DNA of 39,344 bases from Candidatus Eiseniibacteriota bacterium (GTDB lineage: Bacteria > Eisenbacteria > RBG-16-71-46 > DASYSL01), in NCBI GenBank assembly GCA_046598045.1, contig JBKJJJ010000200.1, positions 1 to 39,344 on the forward strand. Direction: 5' to 3'. The position numbers and the translations under genes were made by a program. Position 1 is the first letter of the stretch. Every line of letters begins with the position of its first letter. The notes below the pieces were generated by a model. That model saw nothing but the letters and a program-made list of their open reading frames with translations. It searched no databases and was not told where the DNA came from. This document shows, one piece after another, positions 27,483-35,126 of the stretch.

Positions 27483-28600
27483 GCCCGCGCCGCCCGCGCT
27501 TTCACCCGCGGCAGATCGTCTACGTGCTGGGCCTCGTGGTGCTCGCCCTGGTCGCGCGCGACGTGCTCTTCCCGAGCGGGTTTTCGCGCACCCGGGAGAC
27601 GCGCACGATCTTCGTCCGCCCCGGGGCCACGATCGACGACATCGCCGCCGACCTGGTCGGTCTCGGCCTGCTCAAGAGCCCGTTCGCATTCTCGATCCTC
27701 GCCCGCCTGACCCGCACCGACCGCCAGCTCAAGGCCGGGCAGTACACGTTCCACAAGGGCGACTCGGTGTTGTCGATCCTGACCGTGTTCGTGCGCGGCA
27801 TGAGCGGGCAGAACCTGATCACGATTCCCGAGGGGCAGACCGCGCGCGACATCGCCCGCCTGCTCGAGGCGAGGCTCGGCACCGACTCCGACGCGTTCCT
27901 CGCCGCGGTCGCGGACTCGGGCCTCGTGGCCGAGGCGGGGGCCCCGGCGGGGGCGACGCTCGAGGGCTACCTCTTTCCCGAGACCTACGCGTTCCTGCCC
28001 ACGACCGCGCCCGGGACCATCGTGCGCACGATGGCGCTCAAGGCGAAGCGCGTGCTCGACGAGGAGCTGGCGCACGGCGGGCCGATCGCGGTCGAGTTGA
28101 CCCCGCACGAGATCCTGACCCTGGCGTCGATCGTCGAGGCCGAGGCCATGCGCTCGAGCGAGCGCCCGCGCATCGCCGCCGTCTACCTGAACCGGATCAG
28201 GCGGCACATGCTGCTCCAGGCCGACCCCACGGTGCAGTACGCGCTCGGGGGGCACCGGGCCCGTATCTATTACTCGGACCTGAGGGTCCAGAGCCCTTAC
28301 AATACGTACCTGAACCCGGGCCTGCCGCCCGGCCCGATCGGCAACCCCGGCCGGGCCAGCATCCAGGCCGTCCTCAATCCCACGCCCGGCAGCCGCGAGC
28401 TGTTCTTCGTGGCGCGGGGGGACGGAGGCCACATCTTCAGCGAGACGGGCGAGCAGCACCTCGAGGCGGTGGCGCGCGTGCGCGCCGCGCACGCGGGCCC
28501 CGACTCGCTCGCCCTGGTGCCGCTCGATCCCGGCTTGGCGGCGCCCGTTCCCGTGGGCAGCCCGAATCCGGCCAGTGACAGCGTGCGAGGAAAGCCTTGA
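27479..28600 (+). CDS. mltG: endolytic transglycosylase MltG
   Basis: N-terminal TM helix. LKAGQY, TIPEG, LEGYLFPETY, LASIVEAE, LQADPT, SPYNTY..GLPPGPI. Confidence 0.95.
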   Translation: MSPRRPRFHPRQIVYVLGLVVLALVARDVLFPSGFSRTRETRTIFVRPGATIDDIAADLVGLGLLKSPFAFSILARLTRTDRQLKAGQYTFHKGDSVLSILTVFVRGMSGQNLITIPEGQTARDIARLLEARLGTDSDAFLAAVADSGLVAEAGAPAGATLEGYLFPETYAFLPTTAPGTIVRTMALKAKRVLDEELAHGGPIAVELTPHEILTLASIVEAEAMRSSERPRIAAVYLNRIRRHMLLQADPTVQYALGGHRARIYYSDLRVQSPYNTYLNPGLPPGPIGNPGRASIQAVLNPTPGSRELFFVARGDGGHIFSETGEQHLEAVARVRAAHAGPDSLALVPLDPGLAAPVPVGSPNPASDSVRGKP

Positions 28601-29436
28601 GCCTGGTGATCGATCTTCCCTACGAAACCCGCATCGAGCGCGTGCGCTCCATGATCCGTGCTTACGGATCGTGCATCGTCGCCTATTCGGGGGGCGTGGA
28701 TTCGAGCGTCGTGCTCGCGATCGCGCACGCCGAGCTCGGTGCCCGCGCGCTGGCGGTGATCGGCCGCTCCGCGACCTATGCCACGAGCGAGCTCGAAGCC
28801 GCGCTCCTCCAGGCGCGCGGCATGGGCCTCGAGCCGCGCGTGGTCGCGACCGCGGAGCTCGACGACCCGCGCTTCGCAAGCAATCCGTCGAATCGTTGCT
28901 ATTTCTGCAAGGGCGAGCTCTACCAGCGCCTCGCCGCCGTGGCGCGCGAGGAGGGCTATGCGGTCGTGCTCGACGGCACGAACGCCGACGATCTCCTTGA
29001 CCACCGGCCCGGCCGGCGCGCGGCCGACGAGCACGCGGTGCGTTCGCCGCTCGCCGAGTGCGGCCTGACCAAGGCCGACGTGCGCGCGCTCGCGGCCGAG
29101 CTCGGTTTGCCGTCCTCGGACAAGCCCGCGATGCCCTGCCTGTCCTCGCGCTTTCCGTATGGCACGCGCATCACCGAAGCGCAGCTGCGCCAGGTCGAAG
29201 CGGGCGAATCGTGGCTGCGCGCGCGCGGCCTGCGCGACGTCCGGCTCCGCCATCACGGCACGGTTGCCCGCCTCGAGCTGGAGACCCGCGAACTCGCGCG
29301 CCTGGTCGAGGAACCGCTCCGATCCGAATGCGTCGCCCACCTGAAGTCGCTGGGCTTCGCTTACGTCGCACTCGATTTGCAGGGATTCCGCTCCGGCAGT
29401 CTCAACGAGACGCTCCCCTCGAGGGTCACGACATGA
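28597..29436 (+). CDS. larE: LarE family ATP-dependent sulfur transferase
   Basis: AYSGGVDS PP-loop, NRCYFCK, DGTNADD..DHRPG, CLSSRFPYG, FRSGSLN. Confidence 0.92.
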   Translation: MSLVIDLPYETRIERVRSMIRAYGSCIVAYSGGVDSSVVLAIAHAELGARALAVIGRSATYATSELEAALLQARGMGLEPRVVATAELDDPRFASNPSNRCYFCKGELYQRLAAVAREEGYAVVLDGTNADDLLDHRPGRRAADEHAVRSPLAECGLTKADVRALAAELGLPSSDKPAMPCLSSRFPYGTRITEAQLRQVEAGESWLRARGLRDVRLRHHGTVARLELETRELARLVEEPLRSECVAHLKSLGFAYVALDLQGFRSGSLNETLPSRVTT

Positions 29437-29777
29437 ACGCCAGCCGCACGGGAAGCCGGGGCACCCGCCCCGACAAGAAGGCGCCGGTCGCCGCGCGCCC
29501 CACGTCCTCGAGCGCCGCGGTCCGGCGCGCGCTGCGGGGCGAGAGCGTCACCCACGACACATTGCTCTCGTTCGGGCGGGCGAATTACCTGTTCATGCTC
29601 GCGGGCGTCGCGCTGGCGGTCCTCGGGTTCCTGCTGCTCAAGGGCGGGGACATCAGCCTCGCTCCGCTGCTCCTGGTCCTCGGCTACTGCGCCCTGATCC
29701 CGATCGGGATCGTGTGGCGGAGCCGGCCACCGGGTGGGGGAAGCGGAAATGGAAGAACGGCCAAGGCGGGCGAATAG
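29433..29777 (+). CDS. small two-TM membrane protein, DUF3098-like
   Basis: ATGA overlap with larE. FGRANY..LGFLLL..LAPLLLVLGY pattern. The stop codon lies inside tRNA-Val. Confidence 0.75.
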   Translation: MNASRTGSRGTRPDKKAPVAARPTSSSAAVRRALRGESVTHDTLLSFGRANYLFMLAGVALAVLGFLLLKGGDISLAPLLLVLGYCALIPIGIVWRSRPPGGGSGNGRTAKAGE

Positions 29778-29843
29778 CTCAGCTGGTAGAGCACTTGCCT
29801 TACACGCAAGGGGTCACAGGTTCGAGCCCTGTTTCGCCCACCA
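29768..29843 (+). tRNA. tRNA-Val(TAC)
   Basis: Acceptor GGGCGAA/TTCGCCC. Anticodon arm CTTGC-CTTACAC-GCAAG. Encoded CCA. Confidence 0.97.
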
Positions 29844-30091
29844 GCCACATTGGCATCGGCTAAACGATTGAGATTGAAGTTTTTATGGGATCGGATGACG
29901 AGGCGGGACGCGCCCCGGCGGCTGCGCAAGCGGTGCGCGGAGCCCCCAAAGAGCCTCGGGACGACCGAATTCGGTCCCCCGGGTGAATTCGGCTCCGAAC
30001 CTGTAAAGAAAAAGTCCGGAACCCCGGTCCGGGGTCCGGGGTTCTAGCCAAGGAGACAGTAAATCCCTCTCCCCTGGGGCCGAGTTTCGGG

Positions 30092-30120
30092 TTGACAGCC
30101 GGTGGCTAGACTGCTAATCT
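30092..30120 (+). promoter_or_regulatory. near-consensus sigma70 promoter about 200 nt upstream of the dockerin-like gene
   Basis: TTGACA(30092-30097)-N17-TAATCT(30115-30120), with an extended -10 TG at 30112-30113. Confidence 0.75.
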
Positions 30121-30325
30121 TCTTCGCGTTACACGATGTGGATTCCCCAGACCCCATCGTAATGTCGTTTCCGATCGTTTCGACGTAATCGAGTTCCACA
30201 CTTTTCGCAGAATTGAACACCGTTGTCCGAAAGGGGGTGTCCGAGCCAGCCACCATCGACCACAGTCAGATGCCTGTGCATGCTTACGTTACGGTGACCG
30301 GAGTTTCCCTAGGAGGTAAGTTAAA

Positions 30326-30931
30326 ATGACTGGAATGGTTCGGAAGGCTCTTACCATCGCCGCGGGATTCGTGGTGGTGGCCTCCGTCGCTTCGGCCGGC
30401 GTTCCGGATCCCCGCTTCTCGACGTTGGATGCGGTGGTCGTGGGTAACGTTTCTGGCACGCCGATCGGTGGTTCTCCTCCTGGTTTCGACGTCACGGTGC
30501 GTGACGTCAACAACGCCCCGCTGTCGGGTCGTACGGTGACGCTCAATTTCGCGCCGTCCGGGATGAAGGTGTTCACCACGCAGAATGCCGGCACGACCGT
30601 CAACTGCGTCGCGAAGTCGATCAGCCGCGTGACGAACGGTTCGGGTGCCGTGAACTTCGGTTCGCGCATCGGAAAGTTCAACAACTCGAACACGGTTGAA
30701 GTCTCGGCCGACGGTGTGGTTCTCGGCAACGTCAAGGGTCGCTCGACGGACATCGATGGCACTGATGGCAAGACTGGCCTCAATGACCTCGCTCTGTTCT
30801 CGACCAACCTGCTGACGAATCCGGCCGCGCAGCAGACCGATTTCGACCTGAACGGCACGACGGGCCTGGGCGATCTCGCCCTGTTCTCGACCGAGCTGCT
30901 CACGGGCCCGACGCTGACGTACTGCCCGTAG
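30326..30931 (+). CDS. secreted protein with an Ig-like domain and a C-terminal dockerin-like duplicated Ca2+-binding loop-helix
   Basis: AGGAGGT RBS. Signal peptide ending ASA. FDVTVRD..N.P..G..V.L.F Ig-like pattern. Repeats DIDGTDGKTGLNDLALFST and DFDLNGTTGLGDLALFST. Confidence 0.8.
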   Translation: MTGMVRKALTIAAGFVVVASVASAGVPDPRFSTLDAVVVGNVSGTPIGGSPPGFDVTVRDVNNAPLSGRTVTLNFAPSGMKVFTTQNAGTTVNCVAKSISRVTNGSGAVNFGSRIGKFNNSNTVEVSADGVVLGNVKGRSTDIDGTDGKTGLNDLALFSTNLLTNPAAQQTDFDLNGTTGLGDLALFSTELLTGPTLTYCP

Positions 30932-30942
30932 TTTCGGATCAC

Positions 30943-30976
30943 AGGTCCCGCGCGGGGTTCGCCCCGCGTGGGGCCT
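30943..30976 (+). terminator. long GC hairpin after the dockerin-like gene (no U-tract; mRNA stabiliser or partial terminator)
   Basis: AGGTCCCGCGCGGGG-TTCG-CCCCGCGTGGGGCCT. Confidence 0.6.
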
Positions 30977-31179
30977 CCCCCGCCGGCCTTGGCCGGTAAT
31001 CACGGATGCGTGCTGCTGGAAAACGGACTTCGCAGATTTGCGAAGGAGGTGAGGTTCGAAACAACCTCTAAGGCGCACGTAAGCTGGTCCTGAAACACAT
31101 TGATTTTTCCGGTAGTACCCGAATCAACGGCAATGCATACCCCCCCTCTTGCGTAGGGATCCGGGTTTGGAGGCTCCAA

Positions 31180-31914
31180 ATGAAGGTGACTCGCTTCCTT
31201 GCTTCGCTCATGTTCCTCGGCGCGGTCTCGACGTCCGCGTTCGCAGTGCCCGCTGTCAGCCTCAATTGGGATACGTGCGTCGGTCCGATCGACAAGTCGA
31301 TTCTCCCGGCCACGACCGGCAACACGATCTGGATTTCGGTGCTCGGCCAGAACGTCACGGCCCAGGCGTACCAGGTCCAGATCACGATCGGCGGCAACGG
31401 TCCGCTGCGCGATGCGTGGCGCTTTGATCCGGCCGGCTGCCAGGGCTCGTCCCTGCTGGTGATCAACCACATCACGTCGTCGAAGACCTGCCCGTCGTTC
31501 CAGGGTGCGCTGGCGTCGGTCCAGGTCAAGGACTACTCGTATGACGCGCTGTCGGGCAAGGCCAAGGCCACGCTCTACAATGCGTACCCGAACAACGCGC
31601 CCTCGGGCGCGCCCCAGGGCAACCCGGCTGCGACGAACCCGGCGCAGCGTTACTTCCTCGGCAACCTGGTGTTCGACCAGACCTACGGCGTGAACGGCCC
31701 GAGCGATCCGGGCCTGACGTGCGGTGGTCTCGAAGTCGGTACCTGCTTCGCCCTGAGCTCGGCGACGTGGCTCGACACCACGGGTGCCGAAATCCCGTGG
31801 GCGGTCGCGGGTGATCACGTGACCTCGAACGACCCGAACAACCTCTCGCGCTGCCCGGCTTCCGTGCCGACCAAGGCGACGACGTGGGGCAACCTGAAGG
31901 GTCAGTACCGCTAG
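31180..31914 (+). CDS. secreted Cys-rich beta protein (paralog 1) with C-terminal TWGxLKxQYR motif
   Basis: GGAGG RBS. Signal peptide ending AFA. Six Cys. Ends PTKATTWGNLKGQYR. Clear homology to 32475-33236. Confidence 0.88.
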   Translation: MKVTRFLASLMFLGAVSTSAFAVPAVSLNWDTCVGPIDKSILPATTGNTIWISVLGQNVTAQAYQVQITIGGNGPLRDAWRFDPAGCQGSSLLVINHITSSKTCPSFQGALASVQVKDYSYDALSGKAKATLYNAYPNNAPSGAPQGNPAATNPAQRYFLGNLVFDQTYGVNGPSDPGLTCGGLEVGTCFALSSATWLDTTGAEIPWAVAGDHVTSNDPNNLSRCPASVPTKATTWGNLKGQYR

Positions 31915-31944
31915 TCTCGAGGGCAACCTCGCGATCAGTACGAG

Positions 31945-31975
31945 GGGGGTGGCGCAAGCCACCCCCTTTTCGTTT
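31945..31975 (+). terminator. intrinsic terminator
   Basis: GGGGGTGGC-GCAA-GCCACCCCC followed by TTTTCGTTT. Confidence 0.85.
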
Positions 31976-32349
31976 GGGCCGGGCAACCGGCAGCCGCCGG
32001 CCGGCCGGCCCGGCCAACCCTCGCCCGCCCGCCACCCCGGGAACCGTGCAATCCGCAACGGGAACCACACTCCGCGCGCGACGGGACACGCGCTTGTCCG
32101 ACCTCCTGCGCCCGCTAAGTCCGTATCGTCGTGGGCGCTTGCCCTCCGCATGCTGCGCGTGGACCGGGCGCGCTCCGCGGCCGCCTCTGGTCCTGCCATG
32201 GGCGGGCCCCGAAATTGCATGGGCTCGACGTTGGCGCGCTCGCGGAGAGCCAGCGGATCGGGAGGTTCCGGACAGCAAGTTCGGCAAGGCAAATCCCGGA
32301 AACGGCTGGAGCGCAAGCGAGTAACAGCGGCGTGAATGCAAGATTCTTG

Positions 32350-32379
32350 TTGCCTCGCCGCCAGACCTGCGCCTACTGT
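32350..32379 (+). promoter_or_regulatory. possible sigma70 promoter for paralog 2
   Basis: TTGCCT(32350-32355)-N18-TACTGT(32374-32379). Confidence 0.4.
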
Positions 32380-32474
32380 CTGAGCACGATTTCCACCGGG
32401 ATTTCGTGCGGCTGAGAACGGGGCGGGGATGCGTGGATCTCATCCCCCAAGAAGGGCTCTTTGAGGAGGGACCC

Positions 32475-33236
32475 ATGCAGAAAATGCTAACGATTTTGAC
32501 GGTGCTCGCCGCGCTCGCGTTTGCGGGCACGAGTCAGGCCGCGAATGGACTTGTGGACTTCACGTGGAACAGCTGTATCGGCACGCAGGACCTCACCACT
32601 GCGACGCCGGGCGCTTACACAGTATTCGTGTCGGTGATCGGTTTCGATCAGCCGCACCAGGCGTACGAGACGACCTTCATCTACGGGGATGCCACGGGCG
32701 GCGTGCAGGACGCATGGCGCTTCGATCCCAGTGGCTGCCAGGGGACGTCGTCGCTGGGTACGGTCCTCCATCTCGCCCCGTCCGCGGTTTCAAAGGTTTG
32801 CCCGTCGTTCCAGGGTGCGCTGCAGTCCGTCCAGGTCAAGGCCATCGACTTCGTTCCGCCGAGCGATACGGGCTCCGGTTACCTGACGACGAACATGCGT
32901 TGCTCGCTGTTCAACGCCTATCCGAACGGCGGCGCGGGCAGCCCGAACCAGAACCCGCTCATTCGCTACTTCCTGATGGGAGTCGTGTTCGACCACTCGT
33001 TCTCGGTCCCGGGCCCAACGACCCCGGGCTTGACTTGCGGTGGCTGGGCTGCGCCGGTGTGCTTCAAGCTCGCGCGCGCGAACTATCTCGACCTGTCGGG
33101 CGCCGAGATTCCGTTCGGCCGCAATGTCCTGCCGGGCGCTTCGGAGTTCGTGACGTTCAATGGTGGGGCCGCTTGCGCGGCCGTGCCGGCGAAGGCCGCG
33201 ACGTGGGGTGCGATCAAGAGCCAGTACCGCAACTAA
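32475..33236 (+). CDS. secreted Cys-rich beta protein (paralog 2) with C-terminal TWGxIKxQYR motif
   Basis: GAGGAGG RBS, ATG 32475, signal peptide ending SQA. Shares DAWRFDP.GCQG, CPSFQGAL.SVQVK, NAYPN, RYFL, PGLTCGG and GAEIP with paralog 1. Ends PAKAATWGAIKSQYRN. Confidence 0.88.
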   Translation: MQKMLTILTVLAALAFAGTSQAANGLVDFTWNSCIGTQDLTTATPGAYTVFVSVIGFDQPHQAYETTFIYGDATGGVQDAWRFDPSGCQGTSSLGTVLHLAPSAVSKVCPSFQGALQSVQVKAIDFVPPSDTGSGYLTTNMRCSLFNAYPNGGAGSPNQNPLIRYFLMGVVFDHSFSVPGPTTPGLTCGGWAAPVCFKLARANYLDLSGAEIPFGRNVLPGASEFVTFNGGAACAAVPAKAATWGAIKSQYRN

Positions 33237-33260
33237 CTTCAGCGAAAACATGGGTGGCGT

Positions 33261-33298
33261 TGACGAAGGCGCTCCTCTCGCGAGGGGCGCCTTCGTCG
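33261..33298. terminator. hairpin between convergent genes (probable bidirectional terminator)
   Basis: GACGAAGGCGCTCCTC-TCGC-GAGGGGCGCCTTCGTC. Confidence 0.75.
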
Positions 33299-33305
33299 TT
33301 ACCCG

Positions 33306-35126
33306 CTAGTCGCCCCAGGGTCCGCCCTTGCCCAGGTCCACGGTCACGCGCTCCGGGAACAGTCGCACGTGCGCCCCCCTCCGCAGTGCCGCCAGCCGCG
33401 CGCTCAGCCTCCGGTCCGCCTCCGTGATCCGGTAGTCGCGCTCCACCATCGTTCGGGCCTGTTCGAAGGAGCGCGTCACGCCGGGAGTCCTGGCGTCGAT
33501 TCGCCAGATCACCCAGCCCTGCGGCGTTCTCTCCGGGCCACCGTACCCCCCCACGGGGGTGGCGAACATCGCGTCCTCGAGGCCGGCGTTTTCCTGCGTC
33601 CCGCGGTAGCGCGTGTCCACCCGTCCGCCCTGGGCGCCGGAGGCGCCATCCATGGAGAACGTCCTCGCGAGTTCGCTGAACGAAGCGCCCTCCCGGACCC
33701 GGTTCAACAGCGAGTCCGCCTGCGTCCTGCGCTCGAGAACCATGAGGTGCGAGTCGATCGAGGCGCGATCGTTGTAGTGGGCCGGGTCCTTCGCCCAGGC
33801 CTTGCGCAGCACGGCGTCCGTGACCCGGACCTTCGCGAGGTAACCCTCCTGGAAGTAGTGGTCGAGTTCGAAGCCCCGGCGCATGCGGTCCACCTGTTCT
33901 TCGATCGCGGGGGAGTGGTCGAGCCTGCGGGCGATCCCGAGCCGGAGGATCTCGCCGGCGAGCACGACCCGGTCGACTGCGCCCTCGAGCGACAGACGCT
34001 CACGGACCTCGGGGCGGGCGAACGGCTGCACGCGGCTCCAGTGGCCCAGGTAGTCCCCGATCGTGAAGCTCTGGCCGCGGATGCGGGCGAGCATGTGGCC
34101 GGTATCCGCGGGGGCGATCGTGGGGACCGGGAGATTGGGCCGCATGATGGGGACTCCGGAGAGCGAATCCACGTCATTGCGCGGGGGAATCTGGAGATGC
34201 GCCTTGAGCAGGATGGCCATGCCCTGGTCGTCGAACGTGCGCTGCAGCGATTCGGCCAACTCCGTCCGGAAGCGTTCGCGCGCGCGATCATAGCGCTTGT
34301 GCTGCAACTCGGTCCGGAGCGCGCCGGGCTCGCTGACCGCGCGCGCGGGGCGCGGGGCGAACGTGCGCACGAGAATGATCGTCGGCTCCCCACCGAAGGA
34401 GTGCACCTCGCTGGCCTGGCCTGGCCGCATTGCCCAGATCACGGTCGCGAGCGTGTCGGGAATCTGCTCGGCGGCCACGAAGCGAAACGAGTCGGCGGTG
34501 GCGAACGCCGCGCCACCCTCCTGGATCGCCCGATCCAACGCGGAGACAGGCGTGCCCAGCGCGATGCGCGAGCGCCATGAACGCGCCTTCGCCTCGTCCG
34601 CGAAGGTCACGAAGCGGACCTCGGCGAGCGTCGTGAGCCGGCGCTTGTAAGTCTCCAGTTCCTCGGGAGTCGGCTCCGGGATGCGGAGGATCATCTCGTC
34701 GAAGAGGGCGTTCTGGATCATCGTCTCGCGCGTGTGCTGGAGTTCCGCCCGTTCGGCGTCGTTGAGGATGTAGTGACCCTTGGCCACCTCGCGCTCGATC
34801 AGCTTGCGATCGACGATTTGGGACAGGAAGGTGATGCGCGACTTCAGTCCGTCCCCTGGGGGGTACTGATCCGGCGACATCGTCCACCACGAGCGCGTGA
34901 ATTCGCGCGGGAAGACGTAGCCCCCGTCGAACACGGCAAGCGCGCTGTCGGGCACCGCCGTCCGCCGAGCCGCGGTCACCCCTCGCCGGGCATCGGTCTT
35001 CGCGGGGCGGTTTCCGGTCGCCGCCGCGGCGTCGCCCGCCCACAGGCCGAAGGGCGCGCCGGTGAGCAGGGAGCACAGCACCGCAAGCGTCGCGGCGCGT
35101 CGTGAACGGGATGGACGTGAACTCAT
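33306..35126 (-). CDS. SurA/PrsA-like periplasmic chaperone with parvulin (PpiC-type) domains
   Basis: ATG at 35126 overlaps the upstream TGA. Signal peptide. GASFSELARTFS.D..S..QGG and FAT.VG..GP..TP.GW parvulin pattern. Confidence 0.82.
   Translation of the reverse strand: MSSRPSRSRRAATLAVLCSLLTGAPFGLWAGDAAAATGNRPAKTDARRGVTAARRTAVPDSALAVFDGGYVFPREFTRSWWTMSPDQYPPGDGLKSRITFLSQIVDRKLIEREVAKGHYILNDAERAELQHTRETMIQNALFDEMILRIPEPTPEELETYKRRLTTLAEVRFVTFADEAKARSWRSRIALGTPVSALDRAIQEGGAAFATADSFRFVAAEQIPDTLATVIWAMRPGQASEVHSFGGEPTIILVRTFAPRPARAVSEPGALRTELQHKRYDRARERFRTELAESLQRTFDDQGMAILLKAHLQIPPRNDVDSLSGVPIMRPNLPVPTIAPADTGHMLARIRGQSFTIGDYLGHWSRVQPFARPEVRERLSLEGAVDRVVLAGEILRLGIARRLDHSPAIEEQVDRMRRGFELDHYFQEGYLAKVRVTDAVLRKAWAKDPAHYNDRASIDSHLMVLERRTQADSLLNRVREGASFSELARTFSMDGASGAQGGRVDTRYRGTQENAGLEDAMFATPVGGYGGPERTPQGWVIWRIDARTPGVTRSFEQARTMVERDYRITEADRRLSARLAALRRGAHVRLFPERVTVDLGKGGPWGD

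Noticed and set aside
31100..31127. TTGATT...AATCAA as an FNR box
   Set aside because: The half-sites are separated by far more than the 4 nt of TTGAT-N4-ATCAA.
32283..32325. GGCAAATCCCGGAAACGGCTGGAGCGCAAG resembles the 5' half of a c-di-GMP-I (GEMM) riboswitch
   Set aside because: The second stem and tetraloop receptor are not evident, and the sequence lies upstream of the candidate promoter at 32350. An Infernal search with the c-di-GMP-I model would settle it.
31949..32415. Short ORFs in the spacer between the two paralogs
   Set aside because: They have no RBS, show low-complexity translation and overlap terminator hairpins.
29844..33300. Genomic island integrated at tRNA-Val (AT-richer DNA begins right after the tRNA)
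   Set aside because: I saw no integrase and no duplicated tRNA 3' end. The genes carry the same TWG tail as a gene 22 kb away, so native highly expressed genes are the simpler explanation.
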